Shown one piece after another: positions 50,751-64,000 of a stretch of 64,000 nucleotides of DNA. How positions within the stretch are numbered: position 1 is the stretch's first letter; the number at the start of each line of letters is the position of its first letter. The notes beneath the pieces are model-generated. The model searched no databases. It was not told where the DNA came from and was given only the letters and a program-made list of their open reading frames with translations. The position numbers and the translations under genes are program-made. Origin of the DNA: Octopus vulgaris (taxonomy: Eukaryota); assembly GCA_951406725.2 (NCBI GenBank), contig OX597814.1:167648001-167712000 (forward strand). Reading direction: 5' to 3'.

Positions 50751-52850
50751 AAAGGTTCAAAAAGGAACATTTGTGGCATCAGTCTTACCAATCTAGGAGG
50801 GCCTGCATATTCTATGGGCACTCACTACCCCTTTCTTCAGACCAATTACATGTTTTAAAAAATCTCGGAATTAGTTATGTGTATAAATTTCTGTGTATTT
50901 ACATAGTAATTTATTTGGCAGCACTTTGGCCAGTTTCAATAAGAGACTATTTTTTTTCTTGATGATCTATAAGGCATAGAATTATTTGTCATACTTAACT
51001 CACAAATTAAAAAAGTACCTGGGTCATTTTCTTTCACTATTTAATTTACAGCTAAAGTTTTAATGTTCCAAGCATTAGATATGATTTCATCAGTCAATCA
51101 TTATCTTGTAATTAATTTCATTATTAGTTTAGAGCAGATTGAGGTGTGTTGATGCAGTCTATAGGAAGCTGGATTAGTTTGGTGCATTGTTGTTTTGAGT
51201 TCAATTTATGATGGTCAAATTTGCATTTGGGCCTTCCAGAATTGATAGAAATAAATATTAGTAATATTAGATTTAATTCTATTATCAATACAGCTCCCTA
51301 GCAGTATTGATAATCAAATTAAACCTAGCCTTATACCTAATCAAAATACATAAATCTTTCAACTTCTTCCAGCCATGACCAAACTCTTGCCTCTTTTCAT
51401 ACCTCAAAGGTTAGGAGAATAACTATTGTATAAATTGTTTCATAGTGTGAAATTATCAATTGTATGCAGCATTTTGAATAAGAAACTAAATAAATACAAT
51501 TTGATAAACATAAAAAACTAGTTTAAGCATGCACTTGAAATTGTTATTCAAAAAAGGATGTAAAGAAGCAGCTACAATTCTTAGCAGACACTGAATTGTC
51601 CATATTTAACATCTTCATAATGATTTTCTTTCTAATACTGTACATGTTGATTTTAGATATACTTATGTCAATATAAGATATTGACCTCATGAGGATGCAT
51701 CATATTAAATCTATAAATTGATGCAAATATATTTTTCTTTTATTCTCTCCATCTTTATTCAGATTCATTCTTTTATATTTATTCATACAGCTCCATCCTT
51801 TTTGCTGTTCAGATTACATAATGAAATATCATTTTTGTAATTATATATTAGATATATCAGATGTGCTTAAGTGGCTGCATGTGAAAGTAGATATGAGCTA
51901 AAAAAATAGAAACTTTTTGGATGCTTCCCTGAAAGTAATTGATCTAGTTCTCCTGTCAAGTGATATAATTAGCACTGGGGATGGTTCTAAGGAAAGCTTA
52001 TTCACTAGAGTGTGAATGTAGTAAAAGAATTTCAGCTAAATACAAGTAAGCTCTATTGGCATCATCTTTTTTTTTTTTTTCTTTTATGGGGTGTATTTTG
52101 TTAGCCTTTAACCTTAAGAAGGTAGGGAAAAGATTTTTATGGCTTAGTCCAATGGAGAACTCATATAGTTCATGTTGAACTTGAACATCTATCAGTTGAT
52201 GTAGGCAGAAAAAGAATTCTAAATATTGACACAGAGGAAAAAGATAGACGGGAGGTTTTGCTGCTGATTCTAGTTGGAGGATTAACCATACAGAGCAGTA
52301 GGGTGTAACAAACAATCCATGGGGCTAGATCAGGCCTGTGGCATATTTTAGTCTGGGTTCCCAGCTCAGTTTTATATTTCTTTTTTGGTTTTAAAATATT
52401 CTGTAAAATATTGCAATATCAGTTTTGATTTGTTAAATCAGTGCTTTTATCAACTCAGACAGTGGACAAGAAGTTTATGAATCCATACATTAAAAGATAT
52501 GTCCCATTTCTCTCCCAGGCATTCCTCTTTTTGTCACCTTATTTTGTCCTATTCCAAACACTGCACTAGACACTATGCTCAGTCTTTCCTTTTTGAAACA
52601 TCAACTATGCACAGTGAACAAAATAATTTTTTTGTGTTTTTTTGTTTTCACCTCTCAGCTTTACACATGCCCTTCCAAAAGGATATCTAGTTATATGAAC
52701 AAAAGGGAAAGGTTTTGCAGCTGAAACAGTGCTAGTTTTTAATCAAGTTTTGCTTTTCTCAAGAACTATGCCTTCATTTTATCAATTCCAATCTTCATTC
52801 ACACTTTAAGGTTTCTTACCCAACAGGACTATATACATACATACACACAC

Positions 52851-53040
52851 TAGCAAGCTGGCAGAAACGTTAGCACGTTCTGGGTTCAAATTCCGCCGAG
52901 GTCAACTTTGCCTTTCATCCTTTCAGGGTCGATAAATTAAGTACCAGTTACGCACTGGGGTCGATGTAATCGACTTAATCCATTTGTCTGTCCTTGTTTG
53001 TCCCCTCTGTGTTTAGCCCCTTGTGGGTAGTAAAGAAATA
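52851..53040 (+). mobile_element. SINE family B (internally deleted, little decayed)
   Basis: AGCTGGCAGAAACGTTAGCACG-TTCTGGGTTCAAATTCC (B box)-GCCGAGGTCAACTTTGCCTTTCATCCTTTC...GTAAAGAAATA. Confidence 0.85.
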
Positions 53041-53939
53041 TATATATATATACTATTTGGATGAATGTTCCCCACATCTCTGTAATTAAGTACTAAATGC
53101 CTATATTTTTTGTAGTTAATGCAGAAATAAGCTTCCAGTGAGCTAACATTGTGGTCAGTTTCCATTACAGGTTGTAACACTTCATTTGCCTTTAATAGTC
53201 TTCAGAAAAACATCAACGTCAGGCACTCACACTTCCTTGCTCCTAGTCATATCTTATATCCCTTGAATATAATAAACCTCTCTTTGTGGTTTTGTAGTCT
53301 TTTGCTAATTTTAGTCTCTGAACTGTGGCTGTGCTGGAGCTTAATTTATCAAATCCACCCCAATAATTCTTGAGTTTGGTATTTATTCTGTTGTTCTCTT
53401 TCTGCCACACCACTAGGTGATGGGGATGTAAACAAATGCTGACTGTCAAGTGATGAAAGATAAATGTAAGCTCACACCTACATACATATGTGATGGACTT
53501 CCACACAGTTTTTGCCTACCATATTTACTCACAAGGTATTGGTCAGCCAAAGACTGTAGTAGAAGACACTTGAAGTTAATTCAATATATTGTCTCTGACT
53601 CACTCTTGTTTAGTCAGGTAATTTACTACTTAATAAGTTGCAAATATATTACAGCTAACTAAAATTAATGTGATTGTTTTTTTGTTTATTTCTCCTCATA
53701 AACAATATCTAATTTATTGTTAATGTCTACTGTGAAAGACAAACTCAGTTACCATCTCATTGTGTTATTCCACCTAGGTATGGTTACTTGGTTAAGAAGC
53801 TCACTTTGCAACCATGTGGCTTTACTTTCAGTCCCACTGCACAATGGCACCTTGGACAAGTGTCTTCTACTATAGCCTTCAGTTGATCATTACTTTGTGA
53901 GTGAATTCAAGAGAAAGAAATAGTGTGCAAGGCTATCAG

Positions 53940-53977
<38 letters not shown>

Positions 53978-53981
<4 letters not shown>

Positions 53982-54275
53982 GCAGAAAGAAGCACTCCTG
54001 CTGATTAGGATGCACAGTATACACTCGCCCGATGGCCCCACTTCTGAAGACAGCATCTTCTTCCCAGCCCTCAATGCATTGCATCTGTTCCATCTATTGT
54101 GTGCCCAGATACAGTACATGGGTTTGGGCAAACAGATCACATTGGCATAATTTGAAGAAAGCTGTCAAAGTGGCTTCTCATGGATTCAGAACTACGTTTC
54201 GAGCATTGTCTTGTGTGAAATATACACGCTGGCCATTTTCAAGATGTACAGAGAGATTTTAAGGTGTTCTTACAT
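53978..54275 (-). mobile_element. Helitron RepHel coding fragment
   Basis: The minus strand reads VHLENGQRVYF...TLTAFFKLCQCDLFAQT...GAIGRVYTVHPNQQECFFL, typical of the region between the Rep and helicase domains. Confidence 0.82.
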
Positions 54276-56185
54276 GTAAACAGCGTGTGACCTTTGTGAT
54301 GACAGTGCATTTTTCTAAAAGCAGAACAGTTCTTCATGTAACACTTGTTAATTGACTGAAGTGACATGAAAGGCATCATCATTTATGGTATATTCATGAA
54401 TAAGTCACTAACCGAAATAAGTGGATCTATTGTTTAAGAAAATGTTATTTTCTTGTTTAAGGGTTGTACTGGATAAATTGCAAAAATAACTCTAACTGTT
54501 CAAATACTAAGAAATAAGCATACTCAGTTTGATTTATACCAAAAAATATTGCAAAATGAATGGGTTTTTTCCCTTGGTTGTTAAAATTAAATATCTTATA
54601 TATAAGGATCCCTTCCAGGGGCCCTATTATTGACTTTTTCAACAATCTGAGTATGCCATGAGGTTTCCAGACATAAGTTCTATTCACGTGTCAGGTTTCA
54701 TCAAAACCGAGAAAACGATGTAGGCCGAGTTAGCTAACAACTCCACAAACAAACATACCCACAGGCAGAATTTCCTACATATGTAGTAGATGTATATACA
54801 AAGGGCTTCGTTCAGTTTCCATCTACCAAATCCACTCACAAGGCTTGAGAACGTCTCTTTAGGCTTCTTGTCGTACAAAATGATTTACAACAGCAATTCC
54901 TAATCAAAGATATTTCGTCTTTAAAGAAATATTTATTGTGTTAATTAAATATATTCATTAAATTGTGTATGTGTATATATATATATACACACACAAAGGG
55001 ACATTCACAATTAGTTACATGCATTTACACACATGCATATCATCATATATGCATACATACACCTATGCACACACACTTACACATATATATTCACATATAT
55101 ATGCATATACATAAAAGCATTGATCAGTATTCATGCTGACATATATGTTTCTTGTACATATACTTACATACAGTCTCTACAAATTTAAAGACAATGCCAC
55201 TCATACCCAGCGAATAACCATGGAATCCCACCTTATTAATAAATACAGACCACTTCTAAACACATCCCCCTAACACGAACCCACAACAAACACACTTACA
55301 CCTGCACACACCCTACACACACTTTTACCCAGATATTAACACCATGACACACGCAAATATATGGTTCCACACATACACATAATTTGATACAGGTGCAAAA
55401 CATCCAACACTACTTTTTGGAAATGACTGTAAATATTGACTTCACACAAACACGTTGCTTCCCGATACAGGCACAAGGCCAGCAGAACTATAAATATTGA
55501 AAATTGTACCCATACACGCACACATATATACATGCGCGCCCCAACATACATATAAACACACACACACGCGCGCGCGCACACATACATACATATAGCTCTT
55601 CCTGTCCTAAAGGAACTTACTTATCCAGCTCAAATTCAGTCAAGCGGAAAATACACTCCTTAACTAAAAAGCTATTTAAAATATCCACATGACATCTACT
55701 AATCAGCCTGAACAATAAGAATTTTCAACAATGCTATTTTCAAAAACTCCATACACCACCCACATCAACATTCATTCTAAATATTCACATCATGACCTCT
55801 TTATTATGACCAATAAGAAATTTTAGGCACGACACTAGCCAAATTTTAACTTCTCTGGAGCCTATTTTCTTACCCCAAAACCAACTTCCATTCAAACATT
55901 CACATGACCAATCAAAATTGTATTGACCATTGTCCACAAGAAATTTTAGGCGCAAAACCAAGCAAATCTTAAACAACTCTGGAGCCTCTTTTTTCACATA
56001 TAAGAGACAGCAAACCCAACATAAAGTCAGATAAGAGAAAAAAATCTATCAGAAAGGAACTCTATCTCTCTTAGAAAAATATCTTTTGATAAGCATAACA
56101 AATGCGCAACTGGTAAAAAGAACTTTCACCTAATTAAATACACTCTCCCTTACTTAAATTATTTTGTCAGCATTTTCTTCATTTC

Positions 56186-56230
<45 letters not shown>

Positions 56231-56237
56231 CATACAT

Positions 56238-56298
<61 letters not shown>

Positions 56299-56301
<3 letters not shown>

Positions 56302-56635
56302 TCATCATGACTGGGCTGGCGTGCTGGAAGGCTGCACTGACTCCAATTTGGTTTGGCATGGTTTTCTATGGCTGGATGCCCTTCTTAATGCCAACCACTC
56401 CGAGAGTGTAATAGATGCTTTTACATACCACTGGCACAGGTGCCAATTTTCATGACACCGGCATCTGTCACAACTGCAATTCTGTTTGGCTTGATGGGTC
56501 TTCTTCTCAAGCATGACATAATGCCAAAGGTCTTGGTCATTGCCTCCGTGATGCCCATCGCTCAAAAGGAACTCAGTCACCTTTCGTCTGTAGGACCCAA
56601 TACTGAGGCAAAGAAACCCGGCCACTTTGCTTCCG
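56299..56635 (-). mobile_element. Family C repeat (long variant)
   Basis: Reverse complement of the 32785-33113 type. Confidence 0.78.
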
Positions 56636-57708
56636 TTGTGTGTGTATGTATATATATATAATATAATATAATAAATGCGAAAACTAATTTCTGTGTATCA
56701 GTGTGTCACACTTTTACCCCCTCTCTCACTGTTTAATGACACTTTTACTATTCCTCATGCTGAGATTAATATTAGTGACAGTGAGGGCAGTAACAAAGAC
56801 AGAGAGAGAGAGAAAGAGAGACAAAGAAATTGAGAGAGAGAGTTGATGATGTTTCATTAAAAGTAGTAGTGTTGATGGTGGCAGTGGGAGTAATAATTAG
56901 AGAAAGAGGAAGATGATGTACGACTTTGTTTAACAATGTCTCATTGACAGAAATTTCTGTGGCCAACATACTGAACTAGCATACTGAACACTATCATTTT
57001 TGCTTTATTTTTTGCTTTCTTTAATCTATATATATATATATATATAACATTGGGATATTCCAATATTCCAACTTAACATATTTTTCTAACTAGTAAATAT
57101 TGTTTGTTCATACAAAACATGAAATTGAAAAAAAAACCCGGCTTAATTATTTTTTGATACAAAACTTTCTGACACCTTAAGGAAAGAGAAAAATATACAC
57201 TACTACTGTTGTTTCTGCCCCAATATTTATAACATGATATTCATTTCTATAACAATTTGAAAAAACATGAAATTAAAAAAAACATGACTTTATTTTTCAA
57301 TGCAAAACATCGAAATTACACAGTGTAGACATATTTCCAAACACATTAACTCACAGGCACACATACACGTGCGTGTACACACACACAAACACACGTGTAT
57401 ATATGTATGTTATGTATATATATATATGTAATTTTTCATAGAACTTCTTATCTTCTTTCTTAGCCCCTTAAGGGACAAAAAAGCTTTTAGTGATGACTGC
57501 ATCCTTAGTTTTTTTCATTATTTTCCCCATCCTAAAAGAGGCCACCATCATTGAACTCTTGTCTTATGTCAGTAGCTATACAATGGTAAAAAAATTAACT
57601 AAATAAATATAGGTAAAAAACATTCCAAATTGAAAAGAAATCCCTCTCCCCTCCCTCTCTCTACCTATCTGTCTGTCTATCCATCTATCTATCTACCTAT
57701 CCATCTAC

Positions 57709-57746
<38 letters not shown>

Positions 57747-58144
57747 CCATTGTCCTGGAACCTCATCCTCAAAAACAAAAAAAACAAAAACACTGTTCTC
57801 TTCTAAATAAAACAAAAAAAACGCCTTGTTTATATAAATGAACAAACTGTTTGCACATTCACAATTTTATTTGACAAGTTCAAAGACGAACAAAAGGGCT
57901 AATAATAATGACTAAATGAAAAAATTATTTTTCCAAATTCTGGTGACCTCTTCTTTTCTCAATATTCAATATCTGTACACCACTACTGACACTCTTCACA
58001 CACACACACACACACGCAAAATGCATTTTAATTGAAATAAAATTTCCCCAAAATTAATTATCTATATCTTCTATTCCATCTATTCTATAATAATAGATAC
58101 GAAAGTGAAAGTTGGTGTGTTGATGAAAACTGTTATTTATTTGT

Positions 58145-58379
58145 TATTTCTTTACTGCCCACAAGGGGCTAAACATAGAGGGGACAAACAAGGGCAGACA
58201 AAGGGATTAAGTCAATTACATCAACCCCAGTGCGTAACTGATACTTAATTTATTGACCCCAAAAGGATGAAAGGCAAAAGTCGACCTCGGCAGAATTTGA
58301 ACTCAGAGCATAATGGCAGACAAAATACAGCTAAGCATTTCGCCCGGTGTGCTAACGTTTCTGCCAGCTCGCCACCTTA
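58145..58379 (-). mobile_element. SINE family B, full length
   Basis: Minus strand: TAAGGTGGCGAGCTGGCAGAAACGTTAGCAC...GAGTTCAAATTCTGCCGAGGTCGAC...GTAAAGAAATA. Confidence 0.88.
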
Positions 58380-58481
58380 CTGTTAATTATTTGTAAAATC
58401 TAAAGTGTCTTGAATGGCCCAACAATGCAGAATGGACTATAATAACTGTTATAATTTAATTATCCATAGCCTTATATAATA

Positions 58482-58519
58482 ATAATATTTCGGAATTCAA
58501 ACATTCCTTCTTCAGATAT
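58482..58519 (-). ncRNA. Minimal hammerhead-like motif (Penelope type), weak stem I
   Basis: Minus strand: ATAT-CTGAAGA-A-GGAAT-GTTTGA-ATTCC-GAAA-TA-TT. It has a perfect 5-bp stem II and both core boxes. Confidence 0.45.
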
Positions 58520-58586
58520 CATTCAATTCTAATAGCAACTTGGTTTTGTAATCGCTATCTCTGAAAGGTTTCAGTTTGCTCTCTTG

Positions 58587-58639
<53 letters not shown>

Positions 58640-58816
58640 GCACAAATGGACATGCATTGTTTAAATCTAAAGTATGACAGTATGTTGGTTAGAACAAATA
58701 AACAGATTGGAAGAAAGTATTTAATACACCATAGGTGAGTAATCTTGCTACAAACATGCCAAGGAAATTAAATAAACCCACATAGGTATGTGCATGCCAT
58801 GTCTATTTACAGCTTC

Positions 58817-58854
<38 letters not shown>

Positions 58855-60289
58855 TTACATGACCTTGTGTGACAGTCACCTTATGTTTACTTCACTGTAA
58901 CTTGGCAGTTTGCAAAATAGAGACTAATAGAATAAGTAATATCATCATCATCATTTGTTTTAATGTTCACTTTTCCATGATTGCATGGGTCAGATGGAAT
59001 TCTTTGAGGTAGATTTTTCTATGACCAGATACCTTCTTGTTGCCAACACTCACCTGTTTCCAAGTAATGCTATATTTCTCTATGGCTGGACATGTTTTCA
59101 TGGAAGACTGGAAATAAAACTACTTGTATACAGTGATGCTTGTTTTACAACTGTCATGTAATGTCAAGACAAAGACACACACACACACACAACATAATGA
59201 CACTTCTTTCAATTTCCTTCTATCAAATTCGCTCACAAGGCTTTGGTTAGCCCAGGGCTATTATAAGAGATACTTGCCTGAGGTGCCATGCAAAGGGGTT
59301 GAACCCAAACCTTATGGTTTGGAAACAAAATTCTTTACTATGCAGTCATGCCTGCTACCAGACTTTAAAAATATAAGTTCCTGGTTCATTTGACTAAACC
59401 CTTTCAATCTGTGCCCCACCATGGTTACAGTCTAATGCCAAAAGCTAGTAAAAGAAGAATAAGACAAATTCTACATGCAAAATTTCAGAAACTTCCTGTC
59501 TGATTGACATTTCACGTTATTGTTGCTCAACCCCAAATCATCTTTGATTCATTAGATTTAGAACCCGGGGAATTACAACCATGTTTTGTGGTCTGCTACC
59601 ACAACAGCTCCTTTATAGGATCCAGTAGCTCAAGACATCATCAGGAGGAACCACGTCCGGTTTCAGCCCCTACTCCTCTACCATTTTGACATGGCGCTCC
59701 CCCCTCTTTCGGAGGTGTCTTCAGCTCTGGTGTTGGGTGCATGTCTTCTTTCTTCTGTTCCCTGGCCTCTTCGATGTATCGCCAGCGAGTGTCAGCCGGT
59801 GACTGACTGTCTTGTCAAATTTCTCCCTTTAAATACCTGCCACATAGGCACCAGCAGGCAGCCCCAGCAAGTTGTCACATGACACTGTCTCACCTTAACT
59901 GACTAGTGAAGGCGAGTAGTTTTAGCCCACGCTTTTTCTAAATGACCATCACCTGTCAGTCAGCTTGTCTCACCTAATGATGTTATTTCTCGTCAATGTG
60001 TTTTAGGTGACAACTGTTTTACTTTTACTTTCTTTTACACAGTTTATATAAGACTACATTATCCAATTTTTTAAAGATAGGGTAATTTGGGGATAGTGTA
60101 ATTAGCTGTTATTTCTTTAGGAAGATTGAGGTTTCCTCATGCGTTTGTTGTCAATATTGTTGTTTAACCCACTCCTCCAAAACTATGCAGCGTTTACTCA
60201 GCAATACAGTTCTTGGAACACCACTATCCAGTCTGCAAAAAACACCATCTTTTACTGTACATCTCTCCATTAACTCTTCTACCTCTTAA

Positions 60290-60510
60290 CCCTTTAACAT
60301 TTTAACCAGCCATATCCAACCAAAATAATCTACCTGTTTTATCTTTAAACTGACCAGATCTGGCTTTTCACACTTACCCTACAATATTATTCTAAAATTA
60401 GACAATCACATCATTGAAATCTTGAAACTACAAGGTAATGCATGACAAATTCAAATCAATATCAATTAAATAAGCTTTAAATTTGATAGAGAAATCTGAA
60501 TGCTAAAGGG
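60290..60510. mobile_element. piggyBac-type MITE
   Basis: TTAA|CCCTTTAACATT ... AATGCTAAAGGG|TTAA. A second copy lies at 62704. Confidence 0.85.
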
Positions 60511-60519
60511 TTAAACTAC

Positions 60520-61040
60520 AGCTGATTCTTAAGGTCCCTTGTTGAAAAATCTCCACCAACTTTGAAGAATCCTCTACTTCTCATCAACAATGACAGTAAC
60601 TCCTCCTTTGCATTCAACTCCACACTACACTTATTAGACAAATTTTCTCAAAATCTAATGCCTTCGAAACAAGACTACTGTACCTGATAATATTCCTTCA
60701 TCACCCTCAAACATTGTGCTCCAGAATTTACCTCTATATTCTCTAAACTCTTGAATCTCTTACTCTATACAGAGATATGTTATGATTTTTGGCAAGATAC
60801 TACTGTTTTTCCCATTCCTAACTTTCCAAAGAAGATAACCTCTCTGACTCTACTAATTATTACTCTATTTCACTCATTTGCACTATCTCAAAGGCAATAG
60901 AGGCAGCTATTGATACCTTGAATCTTTCCCTTGCTCTCCCCGCTCTCTCCATCTCTCACTTTAATGGCCATTAGTACAGCTTCTGTAGTGTCAGATCAAC
61001 TGGAAACCTATTCCCCTATGTCACCCATCTGTAAGCTCTC
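60520..61040 (+). mobile_element. Decayed CR1-group LINE fragment
   Basis: KTTVPDNIPFITLKHCAPEF and NYYSISLICTISKAIE remnants, corresponding to the GPD..LK.CAPEL and NYRPISL regions. Confidence 0.6.
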
Positions 61041-61247
61041 TCTTTGGAGAAATTTTTGTGTAGCCCCAGATCAGCTCTCATTCATGTAAGCAAAAGTGTT
61101 CCAATAGTGGCCATCCCTTTTTTTCTTCAGGTATAGCATGCAAGGATTACATAATCTAGTACATGTAATCAACTAACACTGTCTCCTAAAATCGCTGGCC
61201 TTGATAGCTAAATGAGAAAATAATTATTTTTGAATAGAGCTAGCATT

Positions 61248-61642
61248 ATAGGCATGGTTGTGTGGTTACAAGTTTGCTTCCTTACTACATAGTTCCAGAT
61301 TCAGTCCCACTGTGTGGCATCTTGAGCAAGTGTCTCCTACTATAGCCCTGGGCTGATCAAAGCCTTTAAGTAAATTTGGTAGACGGAAACTGAAAAAAGC
61401 CTGTTGTGTGTGTGTGTGTGAATGCATATCTTTCTGTTAGTCCTCCACCACCACTTGACAACCAGTGTTGGTTTGTTTACATCCCCATAACTTCGCAGTT
61501 CAGCAAAGGATACTGATAGAATAAGTACCAAGTTTTTTAAAAAATAAGCAACTGGGTCAATGTGTTTGACTAAAATCCCTTTGAAGTGGTGCCCCTGCAT
61601 AGTCATAGTCCAATGACTGAAACTAGTAAAACATAAAAATAA
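61248..61642 (+). mobile_element. SINE family A, diverged
   Basis: TAGGCATGGTTGTGTGG...TTCAGTCCCAC...TTTGGTAGACGGAAACTGAAA...ATGACTGAAAC. Confidence 0.82.
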
Positions 61643-62362
61643 AAATATATCATAGAAATAAGAGAAAATTTCCACTATTTCTTGTTTTCTTTCAGTAAAC
61701 TAGGTTTCATTTTAATTGATCTCTTGTGTTCTGCAAAAGCAAAGTTTGGACAGTAACTGAAACACCAGCAGAAGAGATAACACCATTGCTCTCTTTTATT
61801 TATTCACTTATTTTCCAGTAAATAAATAATGAATAGCTAATTGCAAAAGTTGATAGTATGTTACACTCTTAGCTGACAGCATTTTATATTTGAATAGATT
61901 AATTTTGCTGGAGATGTTCTGAGGAGAGCAATATACCACTGGCTACCCTTCTGGATTTCAAAAATAAGTTTATAGAGCCTTATTATGCTGGTGGAGTATT
62001 GTAAAAGAATATTTTACGACATGGTTAATGGCAGATCTAACCTGATTCAGTGATAGATTTAATGATGTTGCAGACCTTATCATGGGTAGGGATCAGTGGT
62101 GAGTATAGATTGGCGAGTGTTAGGTTCACAACATCACTTATTTTGGAAGAGGATGTTGGAGATTAGATCAATTTGGTATGCTGTATAGATCTTTAGTCTT
62201 GTCATATCAGTAAATATATATTCATATTTTAGGCAACATCATCTCATCAGCAGCAGAAAAGATGCTTAAAAGAAAAAAATTTTTAATGAGTCAACAAAGT
62301 GCCTTTATGTAGTTGTTTGGCCTGCTTGAAATGGCAGGCAAGTCTCACATAACACCATACCT

Positions 62363-62594
62363 ATTTCTTTACTACCCACAAGGGGCTAAACACAGAGGGG
62401 ACAAACAAGGACAGACACATGGGTTAAGTTGATTACATCGACCCCAGTGCGTAACTGGTACTTATTTAATCGACCCCTAAAGGATGAAAGACAAAGTCAA
62501 CCTCGGTGGAATTTGAACTCAGAACGTAACTGCAGACAAAATACCACTAAGCATTTCACCCGGCGTGCTAACGTTTCTGCCAGCTCACCGCCTC
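62363..62594 (-). mobile_element. SINE family B, full length
   Basis: Highly similar to 58145-58379. Confidence 0.88.
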
Positions 62595-62703
62595 ACATAA
62601 CACCTTGCCATCTTGAAAAAAAATGGAAATGCCAAACTGGCAAAGTGTATGTAATGCCTGAAATAAGAGATAGGAGATTAATAACTGGAATACCTTTGAT
62701 TAA

Positions 62704-62923
62704 CCCTTTAGCATTTAAAGTGACAGCATCTGGCCAAAATATTCTACCTGTTTCATGTTCAAACTGGCCAGATCTAACCTCTCACACTTACCCTGCAATG
62801 TTTTTCTAATCATAAACAATAATATCATTTAACTCTCAAATCTACAAGATAATGCATGGTTAATTCAAAACAATGTGAATAAATAAACCTTACACCTAAG
62901 AAAGTAATCTGTGTGTGAGAGGG
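62704..62923. mobile_element. piggyBac-type MITE (same family as 60290)
   Basis: TTAA|CCCTTTAGCATT ... GAGAGGG|TTAA, and the interior aligns with 60290-60510. Confidence 0.8.
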
Positions 62924-64000
62924 TTAAAGGCCTGCTTGATCAACCCTGACTAGAAGCTATACAACATACTACCCAAAATACTCATGAATTACAATTATAT
63001 TTATCTATAACTTCCTTCTGTACGAACAACTGTGCATCTCACTCAGCTTACTTCTCACAATTGTACAGTGATTTTTATTTTAAGTACCAAGAAATCATTT
63101 TCCTTTAAAACCATTATATTTTCAGTTTCCATCTAAATTTTACTTTCATTTTCTTCCATGTAACTCTAGACTTGTAGGTATGAGATAAAAACAAAATTAA
63201 TATTATAAGAAATTTTTAATTTTATAAGGTAAAATTCTGAATTTAAGGAGGGTGATTGTAGTCTGCTTAGCAAACTACTTCATATTTGATATGAATTTGT
63301 GGAGAAAAAATTGCAGGGAGTTGATTTACCATGTGGAGCGAAAAATACATTTCCCCTATTTTCATGTCTTTTTGCAACAACAATAGTATTAGACTCTATA
63401 TTATTTCCTTCTAATGTTTACTACTGAATTGTATTACATATAAAATAAAGAAAGAAGACGTTCAAATAAATTGTGTGTGTGTGTGTGTGTTGATAAATCA
63501 GTTCTTCTCGACTGAATTCTGCTTTTAAATTGTTTCAAACATCTTTCCTTTCTATAAAGAAAAATACCCATACATCATCATCATAAGTCTGCATTAAATA
63601 GACAAGTAGTTGTTTATTGTTGATAGCATTTTTAAAATGGTAACATTTGCAGAGATAATTGTGTTCCTTCTCTGTATAAATTCTTATTTTCCTTCAATTT
63701 CAAAAATGTATTGTTTGCTTTATCATTATTTGTTCTGTCACTCTCCACTTCAGCATTATGTATTATTATGACATATTTCTTTCCTTTTCTTGTCTGTTTC
63801 TCTCCTATCTCATCTCTTTCTCTCTCATCTCTCACCCTCTTTCTCTTTGTCATTAATTTCAAACATATTTCATGAGAGAATACTTAGTACAAAACAAGAA
63901 TAAATGTATATAGCAAGGGAGGGCAGTACTGAGGGATGTTAACATGATCAGAGCATTCAACTTAGTGCTGATTGCATCTACAAAAGGAACCTACATATAT

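Noticed and set aside
51680-51730. ATGAGGA-T-GCATCA...TGATGC-AAAT hammerhead-like trace
   Set aside because: Stem II is present, but both core boxes are mutated and no stem I is evident.

Overview
AT-rich, microsatellite-dense animal genomic DNA, most likely an octopus (coleoid cephalopod). The organism call is an inference from recognisable tRNA-headed SINE families and overall composition. There is one convincing protein gene: an intact 495-aa type II membrane glycosyltransferase of family GT92 (GALT-1-like) with an uninterrupted CDS at 9863-11350 (+). The rest is a transposon graveyard: at least three SINE-like families, RTE, CR1-group and CRE-like LINE relics, mariner and maT relics, hAT, mariner and piggyBac-type MITEs, a complete non-autonomous Helitron and a RepHel fragment. 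Almost all short ORFs in the track are microsatellite or repeat artefacts. The most interesting signal is a layer of minimal type I hammerhead-ribozyme (HHR) motifs with palindromic stem III, of the Penelope/retrozyme type, at about 18.26, 25.27, 32.6, 33.8, 34.1 and 58.5 kb. One sits at the centre of a doubly palindromic mariner-derived element. Two sit in a ~337-bp inverted-plus-tandem repeat unit. The window also has several long inverted repeats (potential dsRNA/ADAR substrates) and clear DNA-repair scars. All alignments were made by eye, and the boundaries of decayed repeats are approximate.
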